This document shows, piece by piece, positions 48,767 to 58,860 of a stretch of 64,000 nucleotides of DNA. Source of the stretch: Escherichia coli (GTDB lineage: Bacteria; Pseudomonadota; Gammaproteobacteria; Enterobacterales; Enterobacteriaceae); the NCBI RefSeq assembly GCF_024700885.2, contig NZ_CP117016.1, one strand, 5' to 3'. Numbering within the stretch: the first letter of the stretch is position 1; every line of letters begins with the position of its first letter. A program made the translations under genes and the position numbers. Below the pieces are notes generated by a model. It made no database searches. It was not told the DNA's origin and was given only the letters and a program-made list of their open reading frames with translations.

Positions 48767-49608
48767 TGGCTTTTCGCCTCGCTCTGTTGGCGGCAATAAT
48801 CGGTATCGGAGCAGACAAACATGCGGTTTCCGGCGTCATCCAGCACCACTTCGTCGAGATAGCTGTGGGTCGATCCGCAGATGGCGCATGGTTCATCCCA
48901 CTGCTGAACGGTGAACGGGTGATCGTCGAAATCGAGGCTTTCCACGCGGGTAAACGGCGGCACCGCATAGATGCGCTTTTCGCGCCCCGCGCCGAACAGT
49001 TGCAGGGCGGGCATCATGTCCATTTTCGGGTTATCGAATTTCGGGATCGGCGACGGATCCATCACGTAGCGGCCGTTCACCTTCACCGGATAGGCGTAGG
49101 TAGTGGCGATATGACCGAAGCGGGCGATATCTTCATACAGCTTCACCTGCATCACGCCGTACTCCTCCAGCGCGTGCATGGTGCGGGTTTCCGTTTCGCG
49201 CGGCTCGATAAAGCGCAGCGGTTCGGGGATCGGCACCTGGAAAATAATGATCTGATCTTCCGTCAGCGGCGTTTCGGGGATGCGGTGGCGGGTCTGGATA
49301 AGCGTCGCATCGTCCGTGCGCTCGGTGGTGTTCACCCCGGTCACGCGCTTAAAGAAGTTACGGATCGACACTGCGTTGGTGGTGTCGTCTGCACCCTGGT
49401 CAATCACCTTCAGCACGTCGCTTTCGCCAATCACGCTGGCGGTGAGCTGTATGCCGCCGGTTCCCCAACCGTAGGGCATCGGCATCTCGCGCCCGCCAAA
49501 CGGCACCTGATAACCGGGGATCGCCACCGCTTTTAAGATGGCGCGGCGGATCATGCGTTTGGTCTGCTCGTCGAGGTAGGCAAAGTTGTAGCCGCTCAGA
49601 TTAGCCAT
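48763..49608 (-). CDS. phnJ: C-P lyase catalytic subunit (radical SAM-like, Cys cluster)
   Basis: ORF track 48763..49797; trimmed to MANLSGYNFAYLDEQTK giving 281 aa; C-terminal CxxCxxxxxxxxxC-type cysteines. Confidence 0.92.
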   Translation of the reverse strand: MANLSGYNFAYLDEQTKRMIRRAILKAVAIPGYQVPFGGREMPMPYGWGTGGIQLTASVIGESDVLKVIDQGADDTTNAVSIRNFFKRVTGVNTTERTDDATLIQTRHRIPETPLTEDQIIIFQVPIPEPLRFIEPRETETRTMHALEEYGVMQVKLYEDIARFGHIATTYAYPVKVNGRYVMDPSPIPKFDNPKMDMMPALQLFGAGREKRIYAVPPFTRVESLDFDDHPFTVQQWDEPCAICGSTHSYLDEVVLDDAGNRMFVCSDTDYCRQQSEAKSQ

Positions 49609-50665
49609 GGTTCTGCTCCTGTTGCAGACGTTTGAGTAGCTCCAGTTCGGCCTGGAAATCGACGTAGTGGGGGAGTTTGAGGTGCGAGACAAAGCCTGCG
49701 GCTTCGACGTTGTCGGCATGCGCCAGCACGAACTCTTCATCCTGCGCCGGGCCTGTCGCGTGCTCGCCGTACTCCGGAGCCTGCAACGCACGGTCAACCA
49801 GCGCCATTGCCATCGCTTTGCGCTCGCTCATGCCGAACACCAGTCCGTAGCCGCGCGTGAAGTGCGGCGGCTCATCCGGCGGGTCGATAAAACCGTTGAC
49901 CATTTCACATTCGGTCATCAGCAGTTCGCCGACGTTCACCGCAAATCCCAGCTCTTCCGGCACAATCGACACGTCGATATAGCCACTGCGGATTTCGCCT
50001 GCGAACGGATGATTGCGTCCGTAACCACGCTGGGTGGAGTAGGCCAGCGCCAGCAAATAGCCTTCGTCGCCGCGCATTAATTGTTGCAGGCGGGAGGAGC
50101 GTGAGCAGGGGTAAACCGGCGGCGTGCGGGTGATGTCATCCGGCTGTGCGCCGCTATCTTCTTCAAATTTCGCCAGCCCCTGACGCGCCAGCAGGCTGAA
50201 AACGTGCGGCGACGGGGATTGTTCGCTGTCGGCTGTGGTCAGCGTTGGCGCTTCGCCGTTTGCCAGCAGGGTGAAATCGAGCAGGCGATGGGTGTAGTCG
50301 TAGGTTGGGCCAAGCAACTGGCCGCCGGGAATATCTTTATACACCGCTGAAATACGCCGTTCGAGACGCATCCCGGTGGTGTCGAGCGGCTCGCTTACCG
50401 CAAGCTTCGCCAGCGTGGTACGGTAGGCGCGCAGCAGGAAAATTGCTTCGACGTTATCGCCGCTGGCCTGTTTCAGCGCCAGCGCCGCCAGTTCGCGGTC
50501 GGCAATGCCGCCTTCGGTCATCACGCGATCTACTGCAAGATTAAGCTGCTGTTCAATCTGGGCGACGCTCAGTTCAGGCAAATCTGTATCGCCCCGGCGT
50601 CGGCTCTCTTGCAGGGCGTGGGCGGCGTCGATCGCCTTTTCGCCCCCTTTCACGGCAACGTACAT
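49601..50665 (-). CDS. phnI: C-P lyase core complex subunit PhnI
   Basis: ORF track 49601..50785; trimmed to [16 protein letters not shown] giving 354 aa. Confidence 0.92.
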   Translation of the reverse strand: MYVAVKGGEKAIDAAHALQESRRRGDTDLPELSVAQIEQQLNLAVDRVMTEGGIADRELAALALKQASGDNVEAIFLLRAYRTTLAKLAVSEPLDTTGMRLERRISAVYKDIPGGQLLGPTYDYTHRLLDFTLLANGEAPTLTTADSEQSPSPHVFSLLARQGLAKFEEDSGAQPDDITRTPPVYPCSRSSRLQQLMRGDEGYLLALAYSTQRGYGRNHPFAGEIRSGYIDVSIVPEELGFAVNVGELLMTECEMVNGFIDPPDEPPHFTRGYGLVFGMSERKAMAMALVDRALQAPEYGEHATGPAQDEEFVLAHADNVEAAGFVSHLKLPHYVDFQAELELLKRLQQEQNHG

Positions 50666-51249
50666 CAGCACACCTCCACATGAGTGGTTCGCGGGATAGC
50701 CAGCAGGCGCTCGCCGCAGGTCAGGATCAGGTCGATGCCGAGCGGGAACGGGTGCGGGCGCTCGGTGAGTTCGTGCAAAATGCACTCCGGTAGCTGCGGA
50801 GCGATCATTCGTTCTTCGGCAATACCCGCGCCAGTAAGGCGCAGCATGCGCCCGCCGCTCAGGCTGGCGACCTGTAAAATCAGCGTCGCGCCCGCTTCTG
50901 GCGCAACGGCGGTGCCGGTGGAAAGGGCGTTGAGCTGTTCGCTGGAAATCGCCTCATCCGTTACCGCGAAGGTCGCCTGTTCCGGCTGGCTGACCAGCGG
51001 CGCGTTGGTATGAAAACGCAGGCTCTGGCTGACGATATCGTTACTTAATGGCGTAGAAAGCCACACCGGCGTGTCGTTATCGGCCAGCGTCAGCAGCACG
51101 CTGGTGGTGGCGATATTCAGCGGCTGCCAGCCGCGCTTGAGCTGATGCAGGGCGACAATCACGCCCGGCTCGCTCATGGCCTTTAACAGGCGACGAAAAC
51201 TGTGCTGGGCATCCTGCACGGGAAGCATAAAAGCAGTTTCCAGGGTCAT
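50665..51249 (-). CDS. phnH: C-P lyase core complex subunit PhnH
   Basis: 194-aa ORF; position and length match PhnH. Confidence 0.92.
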   Translation of the reverse strand: MTLETAFMLPVQDAQHSFRRLLKAMSEPGVIVALHQLKRGWQPLNIATTSVLLTLADNDTPVWLSTPLSNDIVSQSLRFHTNAPLVSQPEQATFAVTDEAISSEQLNALSTGTAVAPEAGATLILQVASLSGGRMLRLTGAGIAEERMIAPQLPECILHELTERPHPFPLGIDLILTCGERLLAIPRTTHVEVC

Positions 51250-51698
51250 GCGTTATCTCCGCGAACCATCGTAAAGAAGTCGACCCGGCTGGCGTTCACT
51301 TCGGCCTGGCGTGCGGCAATGCGTGCCATACGGTCAGCGTCCAGCGGGGCAATAAGGGTTTCTGATAAGTTTTGAAAATGGCGGGTTTGCTGCATCAGCG
51401 CGTCAATCAGCGCGCAGCGTTCGGCGTGCTGTTTGTCGCGCCCCAGCACCCAGCTGTAGCCGAGCGTGCCGTCAGTCAGGCGTACGGCGGCGCGGGTGAG
51501 CGTGGCGTCGCCAGCAAAAAAGCGTTCGCCGGTGCCACCCATCCGCGCCTGAATCTGCACCAGGCCGGTTTCAGCGGCGCGGATCACTTCATAGTCGGCG
51601 GTGATGTTCAGCGCCTTCAGGCGGGCTGCCAGTTCAGCCGGTTGGCTGTGTGCCAGTACGGACATCCAGTGCTGGCGGGTCGCGGTATCTGCGTGCAT
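51246..51698 (-). CDS. phnG: C-P lyase core complex subunit PhnG
   Basis: 150-aa ORF; position and length match PhnG. Confidence 0.92.
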   Translation of the reverse strand: MHADTATRQHWMSVLAHSQPAELAARLKALNITADYEVIRAAETGLVQIQARMGGTGERFFAGDATLTRAAVRLTDGTLGYSWVLGRDKQHAERCALIDALMQQTRHFQNLSETLIAPLDADRMARIAARQAEVNASRVDFFTMVRGDNA

Positions 51699-52424
51699 TC
51701 AGTGCTCCATAGTGAATTCAATCATGTCGGCGCGCGTCAGGCTGACGGAGTACTCCGCCGGGCTGCTTTCACCGTCACGGTGGTTAAGGGTGCGCACGCA
51801 CAGCAGCGGCGACATATTCGGGATTTCAAGACGCTGGCACTCTTTGGCCTGGGCGCGGCGGGCGCTGATCCGCGTCTGGCTGCGGCGCAGCGCAATCCCC
51901 GTTTGCTCGCGCAGAAAATCGTGCAGCGAGCCGCTGTCGAAGCGTTGCAGCGTCGGCCAGAGGGTGAGGTCCGCAAAGTAGTGGTCGATTAAACAGAGCG
52001 CGACGCCGTTGACCCGGCGCAGGGTGCGCAGGTGGATAACGTTCTCGCCCTCGGTTATCCCCAGCGCGTCAGCGACGTGACCGGAGGCCGGGCGCAGCAC
52101 AGACAGCAGTTTTTCGCTGGTGGGATGGCTGCCCTGATCCAGCAGGTTCTGGCTAAAACGCGCCTGGGCGTTGAGCGGGTAATCGAACGGGCGCATCAGC
52201 ACCAGTACGCCGATGCCCTGACGGCGCTGTACCCAGCCTTTTTCCACCAGTTGGTCGATGGCACGGCGCAGGGTGTGGCGATTCACCTCAAAGCGCGCCG
52301 CCAGTTGCTGCTCGGCGGGAAGATAGTCGCCGCAGCGGTAGTGTTGACGAAGCTCCTGCTCAAGTTTTGCGGCTATCTCCTGATAGCGTGTTGGGTAGCT
52401 GGTCGGATGTGTAGACAAGTGCAT
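51699..52424 (-). CDS. phnF: GntR-family repressor of the phn operon
   Basis: ORF track 51699..52433; trimmed to MHLSTHPTSYPTRYQEIAAKL giving 241 aa; HTH plus UTRA domain layout. Confidence 0.9.
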   Translation of the reverse strand: MHLSTHPTSYPTRYQEIAAKLEQELRQHYRCGDYLPAEQQLAARFEVNRHTLRRAIDQLVEKGWVQRRQGIGVLVLMRPFDYPLNAQARFSQNLLDQGSHPTSEKLLSVLRPASGHVADALGITEGENVIHLRTLRRVNGVALCLIDHYFADLTLWPTLQRFDSGSLHDFLREQTGIALRRSQTRISARRAQAKECQRLEIPNMSPLLCVRTLNHRDGESSPAEYSVSLTRADMIEFTMEH

Positions 52425-52444
52425 AGATATCAATGCCTCGCTTA

Positions 52445-53224
52445 TCAGATAAAGTGCTTACGCAACCGTTGAGAGAGGAAATCCAGCAGGCTGACCGTGA
52501 CGATAATCAGCACCATCAGGGCGCAGGTTTGCTGGAACTGGAAACCGCGAATCGCTTCCCACAGCGTGACGCCGATCCCGCCCGCGCCGACCATGCCGAC
52601 GACGGTCGCCGAGCGGACGTTGGATTCGAAGCGATAGAGGGAGTAGGAGATCAGCAGCGGCATCACCTGTGGCAGCACGCCGTAGAGGATCTCTTCGAGC
52701 TTGTTGGCACCGGTGGCGCGAATGCCTTCCACCGGGCCAGGTTCAATTGCTTCTACCGCTTCGGAAAGCAGCTTGGAGAGCACGCCGGTGGTGTGAATAA
52801 ATAGCGCCAGCACGCCAGCGAACGGACCGAGACCGACGGCGACCACGAACAGCATGGCGAAGACCATCTCGTTAATGGCGCGGCAGGCGTCCATCAGGCG
52901 GCGAACGGGCTGGTAAACCCACCACGGCACCAGGTTTTCGGCGCTCATCAGGCCGAAGGGGATGGAGAGAACGACTGCCAGCGCGGTGCCCCAGACGGCG
53001 ATTTGCAGCGTGACGGCCATTTCGGTGAGGTAATCCTGCCACTGGCTGAAATCGGGCGGGAAGAAGTCGGCGGCGAACGTCGCCATGTTGCCGCCGTCTT
53101 TAATCAGCGTGAGCGGGGCCATTTCCGCGCCCTGCCACGAGACGACCAGCACGGCGAGAACAACGGCCCAGCTCAGAAGCGAGAACCAGCTGCGTTTGGG
53201 TGGGGCGATGGTGATGGTTTGCAT
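52445..53224 (-). CDS. phnE: Phosphonate ABC transporter permease, apparently intact single ORF
   Basis: ORF track 52445..53287; start at [16 protein letters not shown] giving 259 aa uninterrupted. K-12 MG1655 carries a frameshifted cryptic allele as I recall. Confidence 0.88.
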
Positions 53225-53240
53225 GTTTGGCTCCGGTCTG

Positions 53241-53326
53241 TAGGCCGGATAAGGTGCTTGCACCGCATCCGGCATCAACGTCTGCACATTGTCGGATGCG
53301 ACGCCGTGGCGTCTTATCCGACTTAC
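53241..53326. repeat. Pair of REP elements between phnE and phnD
   Basis: taggccggataaggtgcttgcaccgcatccggca and gtcggatgcgacgccgtggcgtcttatccgac. Confidence 0.6.
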
Positions 53327-53329
53327 GAT

Positions 53330-54346
53330 TTACTGCACCGCTTTACTCACCGAACTCATCGCGCTTAACGCGTTGTTCAGGCGGTCCAGGTCATCCAGTT
53401 GCGCCTGAATGGCGGTGGCTTTTGCCAGCTTGTCCTGCTCATTCAGCCCTTTATTGCCTTTCACGCCCTGCATCTCTTTAAACAGCGCGAGCTGGCGAAT
53501 CGGTACCAGTTGCAGGTCGCTGGAGGCGCGGAACGGGGCCCAGCCCAGGCGTTCCAGCACCGCTTTCTCTTCCGGCGTTTTGCCGTAATTCATAAAGAAG
53601 TCGTAGATCTTGTCTTTGGTGGTTTCGGAAAGATTCTTGCGCCAGACGATCGGATCGCCTGGGATCAGCGGCGACTTCCAGATCACCTTCAGTTCTTTCA
53701 GCTTCTCTGGCGCGGAGGTTTTCAGCTTGTCGAGGTTTTCGGTGTTGTTGGTCGCCACATCCACCTGCTTGTTGGCGACGGCCAGCGCGTTGGTTTCATG
53801 CCCGGCGTTGACGGTGCGTTTGAAGTCGCTGGCGGAGATATTGTTTTTGGCGAAGACGTAGTAACCAGGGACGAGGAAGCCGGAGGTAGAGTTAGGATCG
53901 CCATTGCCGAAGGTGAGATCTTTACGCTTCGCCAGCAGATCGTTCAGGTTGTTGATCGGACTATCTTTGTTGACGATCAACACGCTCCAGTAACCCGGCG
54001 ATCCATCCGCCGCGACCGTCTGGGCGAAGACCTGACCGTTGGCGCGATCCACCGCTTCCATCGCAGACAGATTGCCGTACCAGGCGATATCCACTTTATT
54101 GAAGCGCATCCCCTGGATAATGCCCGCGTAGTCCGGGGCAAAGAAGGCGTTGACCTTCACGCCCAGCTTCTTCTCCATATCCTGCAAGAACGGCGTCCAT
54201 TGCGGTTTCAGGTTTTGCTGTGATTCCGTTGAAATAATGCCGAAATTCAGCGCCTTTTCCTGCTCTTCGGCGTGCGCCGGGCTTAACAGGGTGCTGAGGC
54301 TGAACATGCTGGTGAAGGCCAGCGAGGCAATTATCTTAGCGTTCAT
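53330..54346 (-). CDS. phnD: Phosphonate ABC transporter periplasmic binding protein
   Basis: 338-aa ORF with signal peptide MNAKIIASLAFTSMFSLSTLLSPAHA. Confidence 0.93.
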   Translation of the reverse strand: MNAKIIASLAFTSMFSLSTLLSPAHAEEQEKALNFGIISTESQQNLKPQWTPFLQDMEKKLGVKVNAFFAPDYAGIIQGMRFNKVDIAWYGNLSAMEAVDRANGQVFAQTVAADGSPGYWSVLIVNKDSPINNLNDLLAKRKDLTFGNGDPNSTSGFLVPGYYVFAKNNISASDFKRTVNAGHETNALAVANKQVDVATNNTENLDKLKTSAPEKLKELKVIWKSPLIPGDPIVWRKNLSETTKDKIYDFFMNYGKTPEEKAVLERLGWAPFRASSDLQLVPIRQLALFKEMQGVKGNKGLNEQDKLAKATAIQAQLDDLDRLNNALSAMSSVSKAVQ

Positions 54347-54370
54347 TCGTTTTCCTCAATGATGGGGATG

Positions 54371-55159
54371 TCAGGCAGCTTTCGCGTTTTCTTCGACGCG
54401 GTTGATGCTGCGGTAGAGATGGTCAAAACGTTCGTTATCAAACTGTTGGCTGCTGCCGTCGTAGAAGACGTGCCCCTGGCGCAGGGCGACGATGCGTTCG
54501 CAGTAGCGCAGGGCGTAATCCACCTGATGCAGCGTGACGACCACGGTAATGCCGTCGTTCTGGTTAATGTCGCGCAGGGTGTCCATCACGATGCGCGCTG
54601 ATTCCGGGTCCAGCGAGGCGATGGGTTCATCGGCCAGAATCACCTTCGCCTGCTGCATCAGCGCACGGGCAATCGCTACACGCTGCTGCTGGCCGCCGGA
54701 GAGGGTGGAAACGCGCTGATGGGCAAAGTGCACCATGCCAACGCGGGTCAGCGCCTGTAACGCGCGCTGTTTCTGCTCGCGGGTGAAGTAGCTAAAACAG
54801 GTGCGCCAGAACGGCGTGCTGCCGAGCGCGCCAATCAGCACGTTCTCCAGTACGCTCAGGCGATTCACCAGGTTGAATTGTTGGAAGATGTAGCCGGTGT
54901 TGGCGCGGCTTTTGCGGATATCGCGGGCCAGGCGGCCTTCGCGCTGGACTGTGCGACCCAGCAGCTCGATATGGCTACCGGCAGATTTATCGCCGGTAAT
55001 CAAACCGCTTAAGTGACGTAAAAGGGTGGATTTGCCGGAACCCGACGGCCCAAGCAGAGCCACCATTTCACCGTGATGAATGTTCAGATCAACCGCGTGC
55101 AGCGCCTGATGCTGATTGAAGGTTTTGGCGAGCTTCTCGACACGGATAATCGTTTGCAT
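54371..55159 (-). CDS. phnC: Phosphonate ABC transporter ATPase
   Basis: 262-aa ORF with Walker [10 protein letters not shown] and signature LSGGQQQR. Confidence 0.95.
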   Translation of the reverse strand: MQTIIRVEKLAKTFNQHQALHAVDLNIHHGEMVALLGPSGSGKSTLLRHLSGLITGDKSAGSHIELLGRTVQREGRLARDIRKSRANTGYIFQQFNLVNRLSVLENVLIGALGSTPFWRTCFSYFTREQKQRALQALTRVGMVHFAHQRVSTLSGGQQQRVAIARALMQQAKVILADEPIASLDPESARIVMDTLRDINQNDGITVVVTLHQVDYALRYCERIVALRQGHVFYDGSSQQFDNERFDHLYRSINRVEENAKAA

Positions 55160-55200
55160 GATGCAGCCTCCCTAAAAAAGTGGCTCCATCGTGGCGGATT

Positions 55201-55236
55201 ATTGTGACGATTTTGTTAACTAAAAGTGACTAACGG
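55201..55236 (-). promoter_or_regulatory. Candidate Pho box (PhoB site) of the phnC promoter
   Basis: Minus-strand reading gttagtcacttttagttaacaaaatcgtcacaataat contains three CTGTCAT-like 7-mers at 11-bp phasing, about 45-80 bp upstream of the phnC ATG. Confidence 0.5.
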
Positions 55237-55291
55237 ATGAAGAGTTAACGAGATTTCGATGACAGTGCGGGAGGGCGGCCCTCCCGGCGGG

Positions 55292-55735
55292 TTATTGCGT
55301 TGGTTGTTGTTTGACGACATTAATCATCCACGGAACGCCAAATTTATCGGTGACTTTGCCGAAGCCATGCGCCCAGAAAGTTTCCTGCCAGGCCATTTCG
55401 ATTTTTCCGTTAGCGGCAAGATTGTCAAACCAGCGTTTTCCTTCTTCGACCTGTTGCGAATCGAGCACCAGCGTAAAGCCGGAGTAGCTGGCTTTTCCTG
55501 ACGGTATAGCATCGCTCATCATAATGTCGCTTCCGGCAATGCGCACGTTGGCATGAGCGATGGCGGTATCGGGAAATTGCATTCCGGAAGGGCAGTTCTC
55601 GGCGCTGTCCTGCGCTGATTTCGGCATTTCGCCGAAGCTGATTTTATAGAGCAGTTCCGCGCCCAACGTACGTTGATAATAGGCAATCGCGTCGGAACAG
55701 TTACCGGCAAAAGAGAGGTAGGGACTTAACGGCAT
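55292..55735 (-). CDS. phnB: VOC/glyoxalase-family protein PhnB (YjdN)
   Basis: 147-aa ORF MPLSPYLSFAGNCSDAIAYYQ matches PhnB/YjdN. Confidence 0.88.
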   Translation of the reverse strand: MPLSPYLSFAGNCSDAIAYYQRTLGAELLYKISFGEMPKSAQDSAENCPSGMQFPDTAIAHANVRIAGSDIMMSDAIPSGKASYSGFTLVLDSQQVEEGKRWFDNLAANGKIEMAWQETFWAHGFGKVTDKFGVPWMINVVKQQPTQ

Positions 55736-55801
55736 GATGGTGACCTCAGTTAAGAGAAGCCAGTTAAGTGTAGTTCGAAATTTATACAGATGAGAGGGAA
55801 G

Positions 55802-55878
<77 letters not shown>

Positions 55879-55894
55879 AACGATCACATTACAA

Positions 55895-56230
55895 TCAGTT
55901 CTTTTTCACAAACTCAGATTTCAGTTTCATCGGACCAAAACCATCGATTTTGCAATCGATGTTATGGTCGCCTTCAACCAGGCGGATGTTTTTCACTTTG
56001 GTGCCAATTTTCAGCATCGAAGAGCTACCTTTCACCTTCAGATCTTTAATGATGGTAACGCTGTCGCCGTCAGCCAGCAGATTGCCGTTAGCATCTTTAA
56101 CGATCAGCTCGTCGCTTTCCTGTGCAGGTTCTGCGTCGTTCCATTCGTAGGCACATTCCGGGCAGATGTACATGCCGTTATCTTCGTAGGTGTATTCGGA
56201 GTTGCATTTTGGGCAGTGTGGTAATGACAT
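55895..56230 (-). CDS. phnA: Zinc-ribbon protein PhnA (YjdM)
   Basis: ORF track 55895..56377; trimmed to [30 protein letters not shown] giving 111 aa. Confidence 0.9.
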
Positions 56231-56631
56231 GTGGATTTCCTCAAAAGTCAGCAGGGCAAAAGCGCCAAAAAACGGCAGATTGCCGAAAAAGGCCGCAATT
56301 ATACACAAAATCCCTGAGTTTGTCGGGGGTACTGCTGATTTTAGACGACGATCGTTTTCATTTGAAAGGAAACGCAAAAAGAAAATAATCTTTTTGCCTC
56401 CATTTATTATTTAAGATAAGGTTAATGCTCTACTTGTTCTTTTTTTAATTCAAATGATATTTTTATCTTTCTGACGTTTTAAACGTATCGGAAGACGTTA
56501 TTTATTCTAATAAAAAACAACACTCTAAATATAAAATTATTTCTTGCAGTAATTATAAAAGCCGAAAACAGAACTCAAAAACAATCTGGCTAAATAAAAG
56601 TAACAAAATTTGCTTTAAGGAAGAATTTTCT

Positions 56632-58860
56632 ATGTACACACAGACCCTGTATGAGTTAAGTCAGGAGGCTGAACGCCTGTTACAGCTTTCTCGCCAACAG
56701 TTGCAGTTACTGGAAAAAATGCCTCTCTCTGTACCCGGAGACGATGCGCCACAACTGGCTTTACCCTGGAGTCAGCCTAATATCGCCGAACGTCACGCGA
56801 TGCTGAATAATGAGTTGCGTAAAATTTCCCGACTGGAAATGGTGCTGGCGATTGTCGGTACCATGAAAGCAGGGAAATCAACCACCATTAATGCCATTGT
56901 TGGTACGGAGGTTTTGCCTAATCGTAATCGCCCAATGACTGCGCTGCCGACGCTTATTCGCCATACGCCCGGGCAAAAGGAACCGGTACTGCATTTTTCA
57001 CATGTCGCGCCAATCGATTGTTTAATTCAAAAATTACAACAGCGCCTGCGTGATTGCGATATTAAGCATCTGACCGATGTGCTGGAAATAGATAAAGATA
57101 TGCGTGCGCTTATGCAGCGGATCGAAAATGGCGTCGCTTTCGAAAAATATTATCTGGGTGCCCAGCCTATTTTTCATTGTCTGAAAAGTTTGAATGATTT
57201 GGTGCGACTGGCGAAGGCGCTGGACGTCGATTTTCCTTTTTCTGCTTACGCCGCCATTGAGCATATTCCCGTGATTGCAGTGGAGTTTGTCCATCTAGCG
57301 GGGCTGGAGAGTTATCCCGGTCAGTTGACGTTACTGGATACCCCTGGGCCAAATGAAGCCGGGCAACCGCATCTGCAAAAAATGCTTAACCAGCAGCTGG
57401 CACGCGCCTCGGCGGTATTGGCGGTGCTGGATTATACGCAACTGAAATCGATCTCCGATGAAGAGGTCCGTGAGGCGATTTTGGCGGTGGGGCAATCGGT
57501 GCCGCTGTATGTGCTGGTCAATAAGTTCGATCAACAGGATCGTAACAGTGACGACGCCGACCAGGTGCGGGCACTGATTTCCGGGACGCTGATGAAAGGC
57601 TGTATTACGCCACAGCAGATATTTCCGGTGTCGTCGATGTGGGGCTACCTGGCGAATCGGGCGCGCAATGAGTTAGCCAACAACGGTAAGTTACCACCGC
57701 CAGAGCAACAACGCTGGGTGGAAGATTTTGCCCATGCCGCGCTCGGCAGGCGCTGGCGTCATGCCGATCTGGCGGACCTCGAACATATTCGTCATGCTGC
57801 CGATCAGTTGTGGGAAGATTCGCTGTTCGCCCAGCCAATTCAGGCGTTGCTTCATGCCGCTTACGCTAACGCCTCGTTGTATGCTCTGCGATCTGCCGCG
57901 CATAAACTGTTGAATTACGCGCAGCAGGCGCGGGAATACCTGGATTTTCGTGCGCACGGGTTAAACGTCGCTTGTGAACAATTGCGGCAAAATATCCATC
58001 AGATCGAAGAAAGTTTGCAGCTATTGCAACTCAATCAGGCGCAGGTGAGCGGCGAGATTAAACATGAAATCGAGCTGGCCCTGACCTCCGCCAACCACTT
58101 TCTGCGTCAACAGCAAGATGCGCTGAATGCGCAGTTAGCCGCCTTGTTTCAGGATGATTCGGAGCCGTTAAGCGAGATTCGTACCCGCTGTGAGACACTG
58201 TTACAGACGGCGCAGAACACCATCAGTCGCGACTTTACGCTGCGTTTTGCCGAGCTGGAATCCACCCTTTGCCGGGTGTTAACCGATGTTATTCGCCCCA
58301 TTGAGCAACAAATCAAAATGGAATTGAGCGAGTCAGGGTTTCGTCCTGGGTTTCATTTTCCTGTTTTTCACGGCGCAGTTCCCCACTTCAACACTCGCCA
58401 GCTGTTCAGTGAAGTCATTTCGCGCCAGGAAGCAACGGACGAGCAGAGCACGCGTTTAGGCGTTGTGCGTGAGACTTTTTCGCGCTGGTTGAATCAGCCT
58501 GACTGGGGACGGGGAAATGAGAAATCCCCGACAGAGACGGTTGATTACAGTGTGTTGCAACGAGCATTAAGCGCAGAAGTCGATCTTTATTGCCAACAAA
58601 TGGCTAAAGTTCTGGCAGAGCAGGTCGATGAATCTGTTACGGCAGGCATGAATACTTTTTTCGCTGAGTTCGCTTCATGTTTGACGGAATTACAGACGCG
58701 TTTACGCGAAAGCCTGGCTCTGCGTCAACAAAATGAATCGGTGGTCAGGCTGATGCAGCAGCAATTGCAGCAGGCTGTGATGACTCACAGCTGGATTTAC
58801 ACCGACGCTCAGCTGTTACGCGATGATATTCAAACACTTTTCACGGCAGAACGATATTGA
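56632..58860 (+). CDS. crfC: Bacterial dynamin-like GTPase CrfC (YjdA)
   Basis: 742-aa ORF with GTPase G1 motif GTMKAGKST near residue 75 followed by long helical regions; matches CrfC. Confidence 0.9.
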   Translation: MYTQTLYELSQEAERLLQLSRQQLQLLEKMPLSVPGDDAPQLALPWSQPNIAERHAMLNNELRKISRLEMVLAIVGTMKAGKSTTINAIVGTEVLPNRNRPMTALPTLIRHTPGQKEPVLHFSHVAPIDCLIQKLQQRLRDCDIKHLTDVLEIDKDMRALMQRIENGVAFEKYYLGAQPIFHCLKSLNDLVRLAKALDVDFPFSAYAAIEHIPVIAVEFVHLAGLESYPGQLTLLDTPGPNEAGQPHLQKMLNQQLARASAVLAVLDYTQLKSISDEEVREAILAVGQSVPLYVLVNKFDQQDRNSDDADQVRALISGTLMKGCITPQQIFPVSSMWGYLANRARNELANNGKLPPPEQQRWVEDFAHAALGRRWRHADLADLEHIRHAADQLWEDSLFAQPIQALLHAAYANASLYALRSAAHKLLNYAQQAREYLDFRAHGLNVACEQLRQNIHQIEESLQLLQLNQAQVSGEIKHEIELALTSANHFLRQQQDALNAQLAALFQDDSEPLSEIRTRCETLLQTAQNTISRDFTLRFAELESTLCRVLTDVIRPIEQQIKMELSESGFRPGFHFPVFHGAVPHFNTRQLFSEVISRQEATDEQSTRLGVVRETFSRWLNQPDWGRGNEKSPTETVDYSVLQRALSAEVDLYCQQMAKVLAEQVDESVTAGMNTFFAEFASCLTELQTRLRESLALRQQNESVVRLMQQQLQQAVMTHSWIYTDAQLLRDDIQTLFTAERY

